Below, one piece after another: positions 1 to 11,261 of a DNA stretch of 64,000 nucleotides. Made by a program: the position numbers and the translations under genes. How positions within the stretch are numbered: the first letter of the stretch is position 1; every line of letters begins with the position of its first letter. The stretch is from Octopus sinensis (taxonomy: Eukaryota): contig NC_042998.1 in NCBI RefSeq assembly GCF_006345805.1, positions 205,406,001 to 205,470,000 on the forward strand, written 5' to 3'. Below the pieces are notes generated by a model. The model saw only the letters and a list, made by a program, of their open reading frames with translations. It was not told the DNA's origin and ran no database searches.

Positions 1-635
1 GGAACGTAGTAACCCAACCCACTCCGACTGAATGCCGCCGCAAGCACAACTAAACGAGCACATTCCTCTGCTTCTTTCTGCCCTCAACTGGTTGTCATAT
101 TCTTTTTGGGTCTCTTTTTTTTCTCCCCACTTTCTACGACCACACTGATGATGTAGTGAGACGAAAAAATAAGGGGTTCGAATCGATTGAAGTAACTCCT
201 TCAACCATATGGAAGTGAATGAGAAAGTCTGCTATGATGAGAATTGATCCATGAACGCAAAGAAAGAAAACTAAATGCCACAAGACAGTGGGACAATAGT
301 CCACGGTGAGGTTTGAACTCTGCACGTAGAGGTCGCTCAAATTGCTAGAAATAGCAGCTAAATCTCCTTCAAATCAAACACAGAAATTTTGATAAATGGA
401 CTGATTAGGTTAAGAGGCCTGTGACTAACTGTTCTTGAATATAAGACTGGATAGTCACGGTCGAAACGTCTTCAATCATAATTCTGTTTTTGGAGGGAGG
501 TGAATCAGGGTAAAACATTTCCAACAACGATACTACTGCTATGACTTTTGTACTTGATGACAATGATGATGATGACGGTCATAACGACAACGACGACGAC
601 TATGACGGCGATAATGTCAATGGCTGAATTGGTAG

Positions 636-776
636 AGGGATCTTTTCACTTTGACCGGCAGATTTTTAAAATAATTTCTTTGTAACTAAACACTTTTAAA
701 CTTTGTATTCTGGTAGAATGTGTCACATAAAACATCTTTTTCTCTTGGAGTTGCCGGTCAAAGTGAAAAGATCCTG
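636..776. mobile_element. MITE with perfect 23-bp terminal inverted repeats (Tc1/mariner-like)
   Basis: GGATCTTTTCACTTTGACCGGCA (638-660) is the exact reverse complement of 752-774; TA dinucleotides lie close to both ends; no ORF. Confidence 0.8.
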
Positions 777-1330
777 TATGTTAGTTAGTTAATTCTTTGG
801 CTCAAAAAGCAAAAAGCAAGGCCATGTAGGGGGAAATGGAGTTAAGTACAGGGTGGTGTTCATGCAAAGAGTTCAGGCCACTTGTGGTCAAGAGAGACTT
901 TGAACCGAGCAGTCGTCGGCATTTTCACCATCTCGTCCGGCAGCTTATTCCACGGATCCGCAACCCGACAGAGAAAGCCCCTCTCCTTCGATTGAGATGA
1001 AATCGTCGCAGATAGAGCTTTTCGGAGTGACCCCGCAGCCGACGCTCTGGAGCAGGAGTGAAGAACAGCTCTTTCGAGAGGTTACACTTTCCGCTTATGA
1101 TGTTGTGAGCAAGAATGAGATCACCACGGCGTCGTCGTTTTTCAAGAGAATAAAGGTCGAGCATCTTCAGCCTTTCTTCAAAAGACAAATTCTTGAGACC
1201 AAGAACCATGCGGGTAGCCAGCTTCTGAACTCTTTCGAGATGCTGTATGTCTTTGAGGAGATAAGGAGAAGAGGCTTGAATCCTGTACTCCAAAATGGGT
1301 CTCACCAGCGTGACATAGAGCGGTATGTGT
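775..1330 (-). mobile_element. CR1-clade LINE 3' fragment
   Basis: ORF 925-1305 RPILEY...LERVQKLATRMV..L..LSFEERLKMLDLYSLEKRRRRGDLI is the typical CR1 ORF2 C-terminus; short (AACT)n tail near 778-792. Confidence 0.85.
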
Positions 1331-1689
1331 ATAAATTATACAAGTATATGTGTATGTGATGTGTATATATATTTATACATATACATATATATGTACGTAA
1401 ATGCCTGTATGTAATGTATGTATGTATGTATGTATGTATGTTGTATGTATGTATGTATGCCTGTATGTATGTATGGATAGACACATTATGATAATTATAA
1501 TCACTCCGTTTATGTTATATATAACTGTACGTTATGTCTGTCTGCATTTTCCGCGTTGACTGCATCATTTACTTTCGATTTCCGCTCGATAAATTGTACT
1601 TAGTCGAAATAAGCATTGGACGGCTTCCGTTGAAAATCTGCAGAGATTACCGCTGGGTTTGTAGAGAAGAACGTCTTAAACTTCAGAAA

Positions 1690-2570
1690 ATTTATCAGAA
1701 ATTTGATTGTTGAGTCAAGATAGATGAAAACGTTACTTTGATTAATCAGAGATGCATCCTGTTGCATTCCCACTTCTAACCAATCTCTCTATATAAAGCT
1801 GAAGTTGTCTGTGTGACAGTTTTGGTAGCCTTCAACTAACACTATCTCCTCCGAGACCCTGCGGCGCAAGTTGACCAAAATTGAGAGTATGATAGAAGAC
1901 GGCTTGCTCTTCCTTCCGTAGAAGAAAAAATTCAAATCGGACCATGTTAACACCAAAAATTATTTACATCAAAAAGGTGCTTTTTTTATGAAAATCCTTA
2001 TTTTTTACGATTTTTTGACTGCTGTATCGCCTTTTTCGGTGTATTTCAACCAGAAAAATGTTCACTTAAAGAGAATAATAAGCTACATAATGCAAAATTG
2101 TTACTTTTCAAAAATTCCGATTCTAAAGGGTCGAAACAAACCCGAGTAACGCCGGGCGATACTGCTAGTTTTATTATAAAAACATTAGTTGACGTCAATA
2201 AATGTGGAGTCCAATGGAAAGATAGAAATGGTTGATTGAGCTGGACTTTTGCAATGGTAATATTGTATAGGCGCCAGTATCTGGAGAACAACTCATTTAA
2301 CGTTTGAAGGAAGTGGTGAAGAAAACAGCACGGAATCGAAGGAAATTGATGCAAGGAATGGTGTTCTGTATATTCAGAGAGGAGACAACAATATTTCAGT
2401 GTATATATAAACTGTGGCCCACCAACACACGAGACCAACACCACTATTTACTGTACAACATCGTCATACTACCATCGGTGCTATATGCACAAGAAATGTA
2501 CAAGGGAACTGCGAAAATCACCAAAATGGTGGATGTCTTTCGGCAGAGCAGCCGAGAAAAATCCTGACAA
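1690..2570 (+). mobile_element. Decayed RTE-like LINE RT C-terminal fragment, interrupted by a Helitron
   Basis: LYNIVILPSVLYAQE...KMVDVF (ORF 2304-2567) resembles the RTE LYxxxVLPVLLYGxETW motif; many stops. Confidence 0.55.
1784..2168 (+). mobile_element. Non-autonomous Helitron
   Basis: 5' TCTCTCTATATAAAG, 3' hairpin CCCGAGTAACGCCGGG then CTAG; inserted between A and T with no TSD; closely similar copy at 54556-54956. Confidence 0.85.
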
Positions 2571-3410
2571 TCTGAGAAATTAAGGCTTTTTTTTATATAC
2601 AAGAGTATTGTTGCGAAGATTTAAAGAACATAGTGACCGAACGGTCATGTCCGGCGGTGGCCAGGTTATCTAAAAATAGCAGTTTGTGTGTGTGTGGGGG
2701 GGGGGGATTGGTAAAAAAAACTAGCAATAATATATTAGAATTCGATTGAGCTGATTGCACGTTTCCTATAAACATGTGGCTGTGTGTTTGAAAAACTTCA
2801 TTTTGACTAATCTTGTTAAAAGTTGTGGGTTTAGTTCAGAATAGTGAAGTTGAGGCGGTCATACATCTAAAGAATGGCTACATACATTGGGTATATTTTG
2901 TAGAATCGTTTAAGTCGAGAACGTGTGGGTGGGTGGGGTGGGGAGGAGGAGGAGGAGGAGGCAAGAGAGAATGTCAGGTAGGAGAAGAAAAGAAACATTT
3001 GCCATTTTAACCTATTACAAAAAGAACGAATAAAGTCAGTCGAGAAGTAACAAGCAGTGGCGGTGCTCCAGCGGGGCTTGATCGCTCTTTTCCTTTTTTT
3101 TTTTGGTGTTGCATTTGTCAAAGAACCTTGAGAAGTAAGCATTTGCTAAGCAGGGGCTGGCTGCTGCCGTTTGTATTTGTGTTTGTTTTTGTGTGTAAGG
3201 GTTGGTGCGTGTGGCTCACGAGCCAGCAGCAGCAGCAGCAGCAGCAGCAGCCGATGGCCGCGTAATGGGCGTCAGCCATTCACTGTCCCAGCACCAACTC
3301 CAAACTCTTTTATCTTCTAAACAACTAAATACACCGCTTGGCCTCCAAACCTTTTCTCCCACTCTCTCACCTTCCCCCTTTTTCTTTCACCCCATTGCTC
3401 ATTCCCTCCC

Positions 3411-3458
<48 letters not shown>

Positions 3459-3521
3459 CTCTCTACTCTACTCTACTCCAGCAATCTATGTTTTTATGTC
3501 TACGAATATGCACACAAACAG

Positions 3522-3591
<70 letters not shown>

Positions 3592-4104
3592 CTCTCTGTC
3601 TCTGTACACGTACACATATCACACACACACACACACGTACATGTGTGTGTGTGCTTTGTGTACCATTAGCTGGCACTAAAGAGGAGAATGTGCGGCCACT
3701 GTGGCACGCATGCTTTCTCCTTTCGGTTTGTGTGTAAGTTTAATAAATTGTGAATAAGTCTGCACACGCTCCATAAACATACACTCACCGTGCTTGTGTA
3801 AACAGAAACGGATGTACAACCACACGGTTATGTCTCTCGCTGCCCCTCCTCCCGCCCGGAGAACTGCTCGACGAGTTGCCACTGGTTATAGCCGTTTTAT
3901 CAGGTGTGTGTAGCCATGTTTGTCCAACGGAGAGAGAGAGACAGAGAAAGAGGGAGAGAGAAGGAGAGGGGAGAGAGAGAGGGTGATGGAAGGCAGAGAG
4001 ACAAACGAAGCAATTTAGATATTTATGCTGTAATACTGTGTGTGAAAGAGAGAGAGAGAGAGAGAGTGTGTGTGTGTGTGTGTGTATCTTCTATGTTTTA
4101 TATT

Positions 4105-4321
4105 TTACTTGTTTCAGTCATTAGACTGCAGCCATGCTGGGGCATCGTCTTGGAAATTTTTTAATCGGGGATATCGACCTCAGTACCTATTTTTTAAAGC
4201 CTGTTACTTATTCTATCGGCCATGTTTGACGAACCGCTAAGTTACGGGGACGTAAACAAAGCAACACTGGTTGTCAAGCTGTGTTGGGAGACAAAGATAC
4301 ACACACACAGTTATACATACA

Positions 4322-4352
<31 letters not shown>

Positions 4353-4505
4353 GTGTGTGTGTACGTACTGTTTATCTTCTTTCAGTTTCCGTCTACCAAA
4401 TCTACTCACAAGGCTTCGATCGGCCCGGGGCTATAGTAGAGGACATATATCTAAGGTGCCACGCAGTGGGACTGAACCCAGAACCATATGCTTGGGAAGC
4501 AACGT
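4105..4505 (-). mobile_element. Bipartite tRNA-derived SINE with internal microsatellite
   Basis: Same 5' and 3' modules as the copies at 10195, 24430, 28575 and 58530, separated by (CATA)n/(TG)n. Confidence 0.8.
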
Positions 4506-4559
4506 GGGTGTGTGTGTATTTGTGCGTGTACTTCTTTTTCCTTGTATGTTGGATCCTTC

Positions 4560-6110
4560 GGGTGCTTGGATAAAATGCGGAGGTCAAGTCAAACAAGTAT
4601 GCCTCCATGTTGGTCTTTGGCATGTTGGTAGCATATGGAGGACTGTTTTCAGTCTGTCTCAGATTTACATTGAATCTCTCCACAATGCTTCTAGATGTCT
4701 CACCAATGTATGTCATGTTCTTGTCTTTAATGGCACCCTTTGTGCACCTTATGCTGTAGACTGCATTCCTAGTTCTACAGTCAATGTCAAGGTTAGTCTT
4801 ACATACCCTGCAGTTCTCATTGGTGTATGTGGTATTCTCAAAGGGGTACGTCCTACATAACTGTAATCTGATGGAGCTCCTTGGCTTTTCAACGATCTTA
4901 ATATTGAGTTTGGTCTCCTTCAGAGCTTTCCTAAATCTTCGGGCTAGTTTTCCATGAGCTGTGGCCTCTACAAACATCACTTTTGATGTTTGTCGGCTTT
5001 GTACAACGTGTCCACCTTGTTTGCTTTGTCACAAACTCTCTGTATCCTATTCCAGTGTTTACCTCTGAATCTAGGGCAGGTACCACTGGTTTCATTACCT
5101 ATAATACTATCTAACTTCTTTTAGCTCCCATCCTTCTGGTCGTATCCAGAGAATTACATGAAGTTCTGTACATGTTTCTTTGTTTCATAGAATTTTCACG
5201 GGGGTGCGGGTGGGGCACGTTGTTCATTATCCCAAGTCTGCTATCAGAATTTTGATTTTCATGTTGTGTGACAAAGCTGAGTTCTTGTGAACAACATATT
5301 TAGAAGCTATGGGTTTCATGTGATAGGAGTGGAGGAGTTCAGTATCAAGGACAGGGAGTCTATTGTCAGGATGCCTAGTGGGGGTCATCTAAAGCTACCT
5401 TGATACTTTGGTGGATGGAGCTTGCTACGTGCTGGATGCTCTCCATTATGCTCCTCTCGGTTTCTACACTAAAGTCACAAGAGTTTGTCCTGACTAGAAT
5501 ATTAATGACATCTACATCCCTACAGTAAAGCAAAACAGTTGTGGATTGTTCAGTTAAGGATTGTTTAAGTTTTCTGTCCCACCAGGTCATGAAGAGGCCG
5601 GCCACATCTCCAGCTACACTGACATCAATGGCTGCACCTTGAACCTGCATGTATAGTTTCCTGTTAGACTTTACTATGTGCTTCTTCAAGGTGGTTCTTA
5701 TGCTGGCCCCTATTGCATGTGCAGTCATTCTGGTTGTTCTCAGGGTCTTGGGTGGGTATGGTACAGCCACTCCAGCGCTCTGCAGTATTTTCTTTTTCAC
5801 CGCCGAGGTGATGATGGGTGGTCTTCCCCTCTCTGACCTTGTGGGGCAGAATCTACTAAGGTCATGATTGCCTAGGTAGTTACAGTCATAGCTTAGTTTA
5901 AGGAGGAGGCCCAGTTCCCTCGTGTTGACTTCATGGAACTCTACTTCACTCTCACAGATAATCTCAGTGCATTTTCCCACAGCAAAATCTATGTCTATAG
6001 ATGGGTAGAGTGAAACTACACCCATAAAACCCACTACACAACCTACGAGATCGTTGGAGTGGTTGTAACTACGGGTTCTACTGAGGAGATCCTCCGTGCT
6101 CACAGACATC
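4560..6110 (-). mobile_element. Penelope-like retroelement (RT plus GIY-YIG endonuclease), 5'-truncated and decayed
   Basis: ORF 5375-6193 has PLE RT motifs (FMGVVSLYPSID, YMQVQGAAI.VSVAGDVAGLFM, LYCRDVDVI); ORF 4402-4980 has CRTRNAVYSIRC...YIGETSRSIVERF (GIY-YIG). Confidence 0.9.
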
Positions 6111-6815
6111 CGGGGATATTTCAATGAGTGGTCGTAACACATGTGGGAGGAAGTAGGATAGCCTATAATTGTTTGGAGATATTTGCTCCGCAAACTGGCC
6201 GTATTGGGGACCCCTATAAGAGGGTTTACGTAGGGTTTATGGTCCTTAAATAATGCGTATATCGTGACCTTTTGATGCTACTCTACCCTATATTGTTTTC
6301 TCCTCATCCTCTCTAATTCCTTTTTTGTCCCTTTCACCGTTTTCTCTTTGTCTCTCTCACCCTCTTTTCTCTCTCTCTCTCTCGTTGCTCACACGTGATC
6401 ATCATCCATCTTTCTTTTCTTCACGTAACCATCTTTCTTTCCTGCGCGGACGTTCTAAGGACTGGACGTCTTCTATCTTTTCTCTTTTCAAAGAAAATAT
6501 TTCTCTCAGCGTTCACTATTTTCCCCTCCCTGTTTGTTTTCTTTCGGTTTCCCTGTATGTCGCAAATAACGTGAGAGAAAAGGACAAGTAATACAAAGAA
6601 CGACCCTTCATCAGTTGTCGGCTGTCTATCTATTCCCAATTTCGAGCAATGAACGACAATATGAGTCTTCGAAGACAGTTGCTCCCATAAATACCAAAAT
6701 GAAATTTAGGGTTTATGGAGGGTCAAAGTTAGGTACAAAAACAGGACAATTATAGGCTATCCTACTTCCTCTCACAAGTGCTACGACCACTCATTGAAAT
6801 ATCCCCGGATGTCAG
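6107..6815. repeat. Penelope pseudo-LTR-like segment with about 72-bp inverted repeat
   Basis: 6107-6178 is the reverse complement of about 6744-6815; 6560-6745 is homologous to 55100-55290. Confidence 0.65.
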
Positions 6816-6834
6816 AAACATATATCTATCTATC

Positions 6835-6865
<31 letters not shown>

Positions 6866-8084
6866 AGATAGATAGATAGACAGACAGACAGACAAACAGA
6901 TAGATAGATATATACACACACACACACATACATTTATATGTATACATGTGCGTATGTATGTATGTATGTTTGTATGTATGTGTGAATGAGTGTGTGCGCG
7001 TGTGTGTGTGAGTGTATAGTTTATGTGGACAGTAGTGGGATTTGCATTCATAAAAACACCACAAGGTATTTCGCTCCTAATTCGACCTTCCATCAATTCC
7101 ACCATATCTAACGACAAGTATGCTTTTTCAGGGTTTTAACTTCCCGGCGAGGAAATTTCTCTGTGATCGTTCCCCCTGTTAGAAATAGCAGCCAAATGTC
7201 CTTCAGATTGCACCCTAAAGCATCATCAAAACAAAATGAAATACAATAAAAAAAACAGCAATAGAAAAAAACATTCAGTGTAGACTCACCTTTGGGGTTC
7301 AGTCACGGGAACAGTCACGACTGTAACGTTATGGATCTGCTGGCTCTGAGCTGACCTGGGGCTAAACAACAAACAACAAGCAAAGTAGATGACTCTCGTT
7401 AGAGGGCGCCAAGTGGCTGTGTGTTTGTTAGGGTGTATAATGTGTTGCATAGCTTTGTTTCTGGTGCTCTCTGCTGTAAATAGGTGCACGTGTGTTGTTG
7501 TTTTTGTAGCTGCTGCTGCAGGTGCTGGTGGTGGTGGTGGTGGTGGTGGTGGTGGTGGTGGTGGTGGTGGTGGTGGTAGTGGTGATGGTGGTGGTGCTGG
7601 TGGTGGCGCTCGTGGTGGTGGTGTTTGCATCTCTTTCACGTGCTAATTTTTAATGTAATAGTAATAACGACATCGAAACGGAGCCAGTGTCCATCACCTG
7701 TGTTGTTCTCATGTGTAGCTTATTCCTTAATTATGGTAACAAGGGGTCATGTCCCTTAAGTTTGGTAACAAGGGCTGAGACAGTAGTATCTCCTTTAATT
7801 TTGCTAGCAAGGGGCTACTGGGGTGGTGGAGTGCTGGTGGGGATGGGGGGGTTAATGTGAATATAAATGGTCCGGTTATTGTTGTATAGTGCAAACTGAT
7901 TCATTGGATCAAAGGCGTTTCATCCGTGCCCATCACTCTTACTTTTTGCAACCATAATATATCAAGGACTACATTATCCAAAGGTCTTCTTAATTCTCTT
8001 TTTTTCCTGGCAGTAATTCTGAGTAACGATTTGAGAAACTTCACCTTTGAAAGTATTATATATCATATATATGTATATTATATT

Positions 8085-8591
8085 GGTACAGCCATGAAAC
8101 GATCGTAGTGTTTTACTCTTTATCTTTTATTAAACTTTTAATACTTTTGATATCTCTCTATATATAAACGGCAGTTGTCTGTGCGTGTTTCTGTGTGTCT
8201 GTTTGCTTGTACCTCACCCTGACCACGGCTTTCACCGATTCTGATGAAACTTGACACACACATAGCCAATGTCATAATTCAAAACTAACGCAGAGAAAAT
8301 TTTGAAAAGTTCCCCCCGTTCTGAAAAAAATCGATAAATTCGACATGGGGTCGAGAATCAGAAACACAAACCACAAACTGTCTAGGGGACGCAACTCCAC
8401 CTTTTTTAACTCTCAAAAAAAATTTACTATCATTTTTTTCCATTTTTTTGCTATAACTCTCTAAAAATGCTTTATAGTTATTTCCCTTACAAACCTGAGC
8501 AACGCCGGGCGATACTGCTAGTTTATTTAATAAAAAAATTAATTAATTAATTAATTAATTAATTAATAAAATAATATATAAATATAAAAAT

Positions 8592-8623
<32 letters not shown>

Positions 8624-8781
8624 TTGTGTGTATATATATATTTAAAATTTATAAGTTTAATTTATTTAAATAATTTTTTAATTTTTAACTTTTATATTTT
8701 AAAATTAATTTTATGTATTGGCTTATGTTTTTCACTGTTTGATTTGCCTAATAGTGGTTTTATCTCTAATTTAATATAATA

Positions 8782-8790
<9 letters not shown>
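8085..8790 (+). repeat. AT-rich PLE-LTR-like repeat with Helitron insertion; homologous to 47810-48140
   Basis: CATGAAACGATCGTAGTG...CTTTTAATAC and TATTGGCTTATG...TTTGCCTAATAGT blocks are shared with 47820-48135. Confidence 0.7.
8153..8521 (+). mobile_element. Non-autonomous Helitron
   Basis: 5' TCTCTCTATATATAAA; 3' CCTGAGCAACGCCGGGCGATACTGCTAG; A|T target. Confidence 0.85.
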
Positions 8791-8821
<31 letters not shown>

Positions 8822-9054
8822 GAAACGTTTAGTAGATGAAACCTTAGCGACTGAAGAAGGGGATTTTTCGTTGTGCTTATTGTCCTGTATCTCTTTTTTT
8901 GCTTGTCTTGTTCCTTGGTTTGTGTCTATGTTTTTCGTCTCTCTATGTGTTCGACGTCTTTTTGGTGTCCTGTACACATATATGCGTGTATATGTACATG
9001 TAGAGGTAGGTACGTACATATATGTTTATATATATGCATATGTTCTATTTTATT

Positions 9055-9103
<49 letters not shown>

Positions 9104-9199
9104 TATTGTAGATTACATATTATTATGTTTATCATATGCTATATATATAATATAGGTATTATGTATGTGTAGTTCGAAGGACTAACCTAGTTACATTAT

Positions 9200-9350
9200 G
9201 TGTCACGCTGAAACTCCCTGAGACCTACGTTAAGGGTACGCGCCTGTTATGGAGTGATCAACCACTTGCACACGGATTTCGCGAGAAGGCTGTTTCGTTG
9301 ACCGGATCAACTGGAACATGCGTCGTCGTAACCGACGGAAAGCATGACTA
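9200..9350 (+). mobile_element. SINE 3' fragment (family of 33750-34113)
   Basis: Reverse-complement similarity to 33750-33900. Confidence 0.7.
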
Positions 9351-10194
9351 CATATTACATAACAGATATGGTTATACATTATGTATGAAATATATTATAT
9401 ATCAATAGTATACCATACGAACGTGAATACGCTGATCGCTTCTTCAGTCAAAGCTACCAGGATTAATAACACTAACATGGACCTTATTACATTTTGGTTC
9501 TTATTTATAAGATGCAGCAAACATCAGCATTCTTCAAAATACCTCAGCAAATAATTTTTTGCTGAATTCTATAAACAAGATCCGAAGCCCTTGTTAGATT
9601 CATTAATCCCGAGAAGCTTTGGCCGAGGAAACAAACAACAAGGTCGAAACATCGAAGTCCTGAGGTTGCCTGACCTCTATGAATCGAGTTTGTTATGAAC
9701 ACAGATTCAACTGAAGGGCTAAGCCGTTCTCCAGAAACACAACAGCGATTAGCATATTCATGTTCCCGTGTGCCGGAACGTATTAACAAAGTATGCGTGT
9801 GTTATTGTGTTTTGGGGTCCTGGGATATGTAATACACTGCCCAAGTACCAATCTTAAGAAATTAGGCTTCTCAAAGCCAGAAAAGAGAAGGCTGATTCGA
9901 AGACTACAGATCCAATCCATCACTGGAACTGTAAAAATCTGTAAAACTTTCCAGAAGTTTGTCATTTAAATATATATGAACTTGTCTCGATATGTAGCTA
10001 TATGCATGAGAATACATACATGAAACAAAACATTCAAATCTGCACATATACACACATATATACATACATACAAAAATACCCTGTCGTTGTCGAAATTCTA
10101 GTGAGGGAGTCTTGAATCTAGGTTAGAAACCGGTTCTTTATTGGCAAGAAATCTTGAAATAAAACCGAAACACACACACACACACATATGCTTC

Positions 10195-10520
10195 CCAACT
10201 ACTTGGTTCCGAGTTCAGTCCCGCTGCGTGGCACCATAGGCAAGTGTCTTCTCTAGCCTCGGCCCATTCAAAGCCTTGTGAGTGGATTTAGTAGATGGAA
10301 GCTGAAATATACTTGTCGTGTGTGTGTGTGTGTGTGTGCGCGCGCATGTGTGTTTGTCCCCACCACCGCTTGACAACCGGTGTTGGTGTGTTGACGTGCT
10401 TTTGACTTTGCACGGTTCGGCAAAAGAGACCGATAGAATAAGTACTGTTGTCAATTCATTCGTCTAAAATTTCCTCAAAGTGGTGCCCCAGCATGACCGC
10501 GGTCTAATAACTGAGACAAC
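10195..10520 (+). mobile_element. Bipartite tRNA-derived SINE
   Basis: GGTTCCGAGTTCAGTCCC B-box-like head, (TG)n, then the shared 3' module. Confidence 0.8.
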
Positions 10521-10748
10521 AAAAATAAAAAAATATGTTTGTGTATGTATATGCGTGTGTATATGAATAGGGCAGTGACGTAGCGAGAGTGGGACATTGT
10601 GAAGTTGTGAAGGACAAAGTGGTATAGTGAGGGATCGAGGGGACAATGCGGTATTGTACTAAATATTTAGGTTCGTATCTCTACGTTTTATGTTCAATCT
10701 CTGCCGTAGCCAGCTTTGGCCCTGTGAACTTGTCGATCGATAAAATAA

Positions 10749-11159
10749 CTATCGACCCCAGTCGCTGCTATCAATTCTATCAATTCCACTCGTCTCATCT
10801 GTTGTCTCTTGCCGTAAACGAAATGTTTTTATTTTGTTTTTTTTCCACAGTCGACAGACGAAAAATCGGACGAGCCTGAAGTGATGGAAGATGACGAAAC
10901 GGAAGAAGGCCCCGAACAGACCCTTTCAACCGTCGAATAATCTAACATTTCTATAAAGATGTTATTCTCCATGTTTGTCCGCCTTTTTCATAAACATCTT
11001 TTTATTTGATTAACTGATGAGCTTTTTTTAAAGTTATTTTATTCTTGTCAACTTCCGCTAAAATGATTGCAACATGTCGTATTGAATATATTTATTTTGT
11101 TCTCTCAAGTCAAACCTGACCAAAGTTCATTTTGCAGTTTCTCCTTTAGGGCTTGATAG
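10749..11159 (+). mobile_element. About 410-bp insert with imperfect TIRs interrupting a SINE; carries an acceptor plus a 29-codon acidic ORF
   Basis: SINE sequence stops at TCGATAAAATAA (10748) and resumes GTACCAGTTACG (about 11167); ends CTATCGACCCCA / TAGGGCTTGATAG. Confidence 0.45.
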
Positions 11160-11218
11160 GATGTTGTACCAGTTACGTACTGGGGAACATATAATCAACT
11201 GCCCCCCCCACATTCTCA

Positions 11219-11261
<43 letters not shown>

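Noticed and set aside
6590-6660. CTGATGA (minus strand here) and CTGAAGA at 8851 as hammerheads
   Set aside because: No GAAA after a stem II; a permuted type-II fold also failed on stem I
9619-9665. Possible hammerhead CCGAGGA...GAAAC ATCGAA GTC
   Set aside because: Stem II does not pair and stem I relies on G-U wobbles; at best a decayed relic
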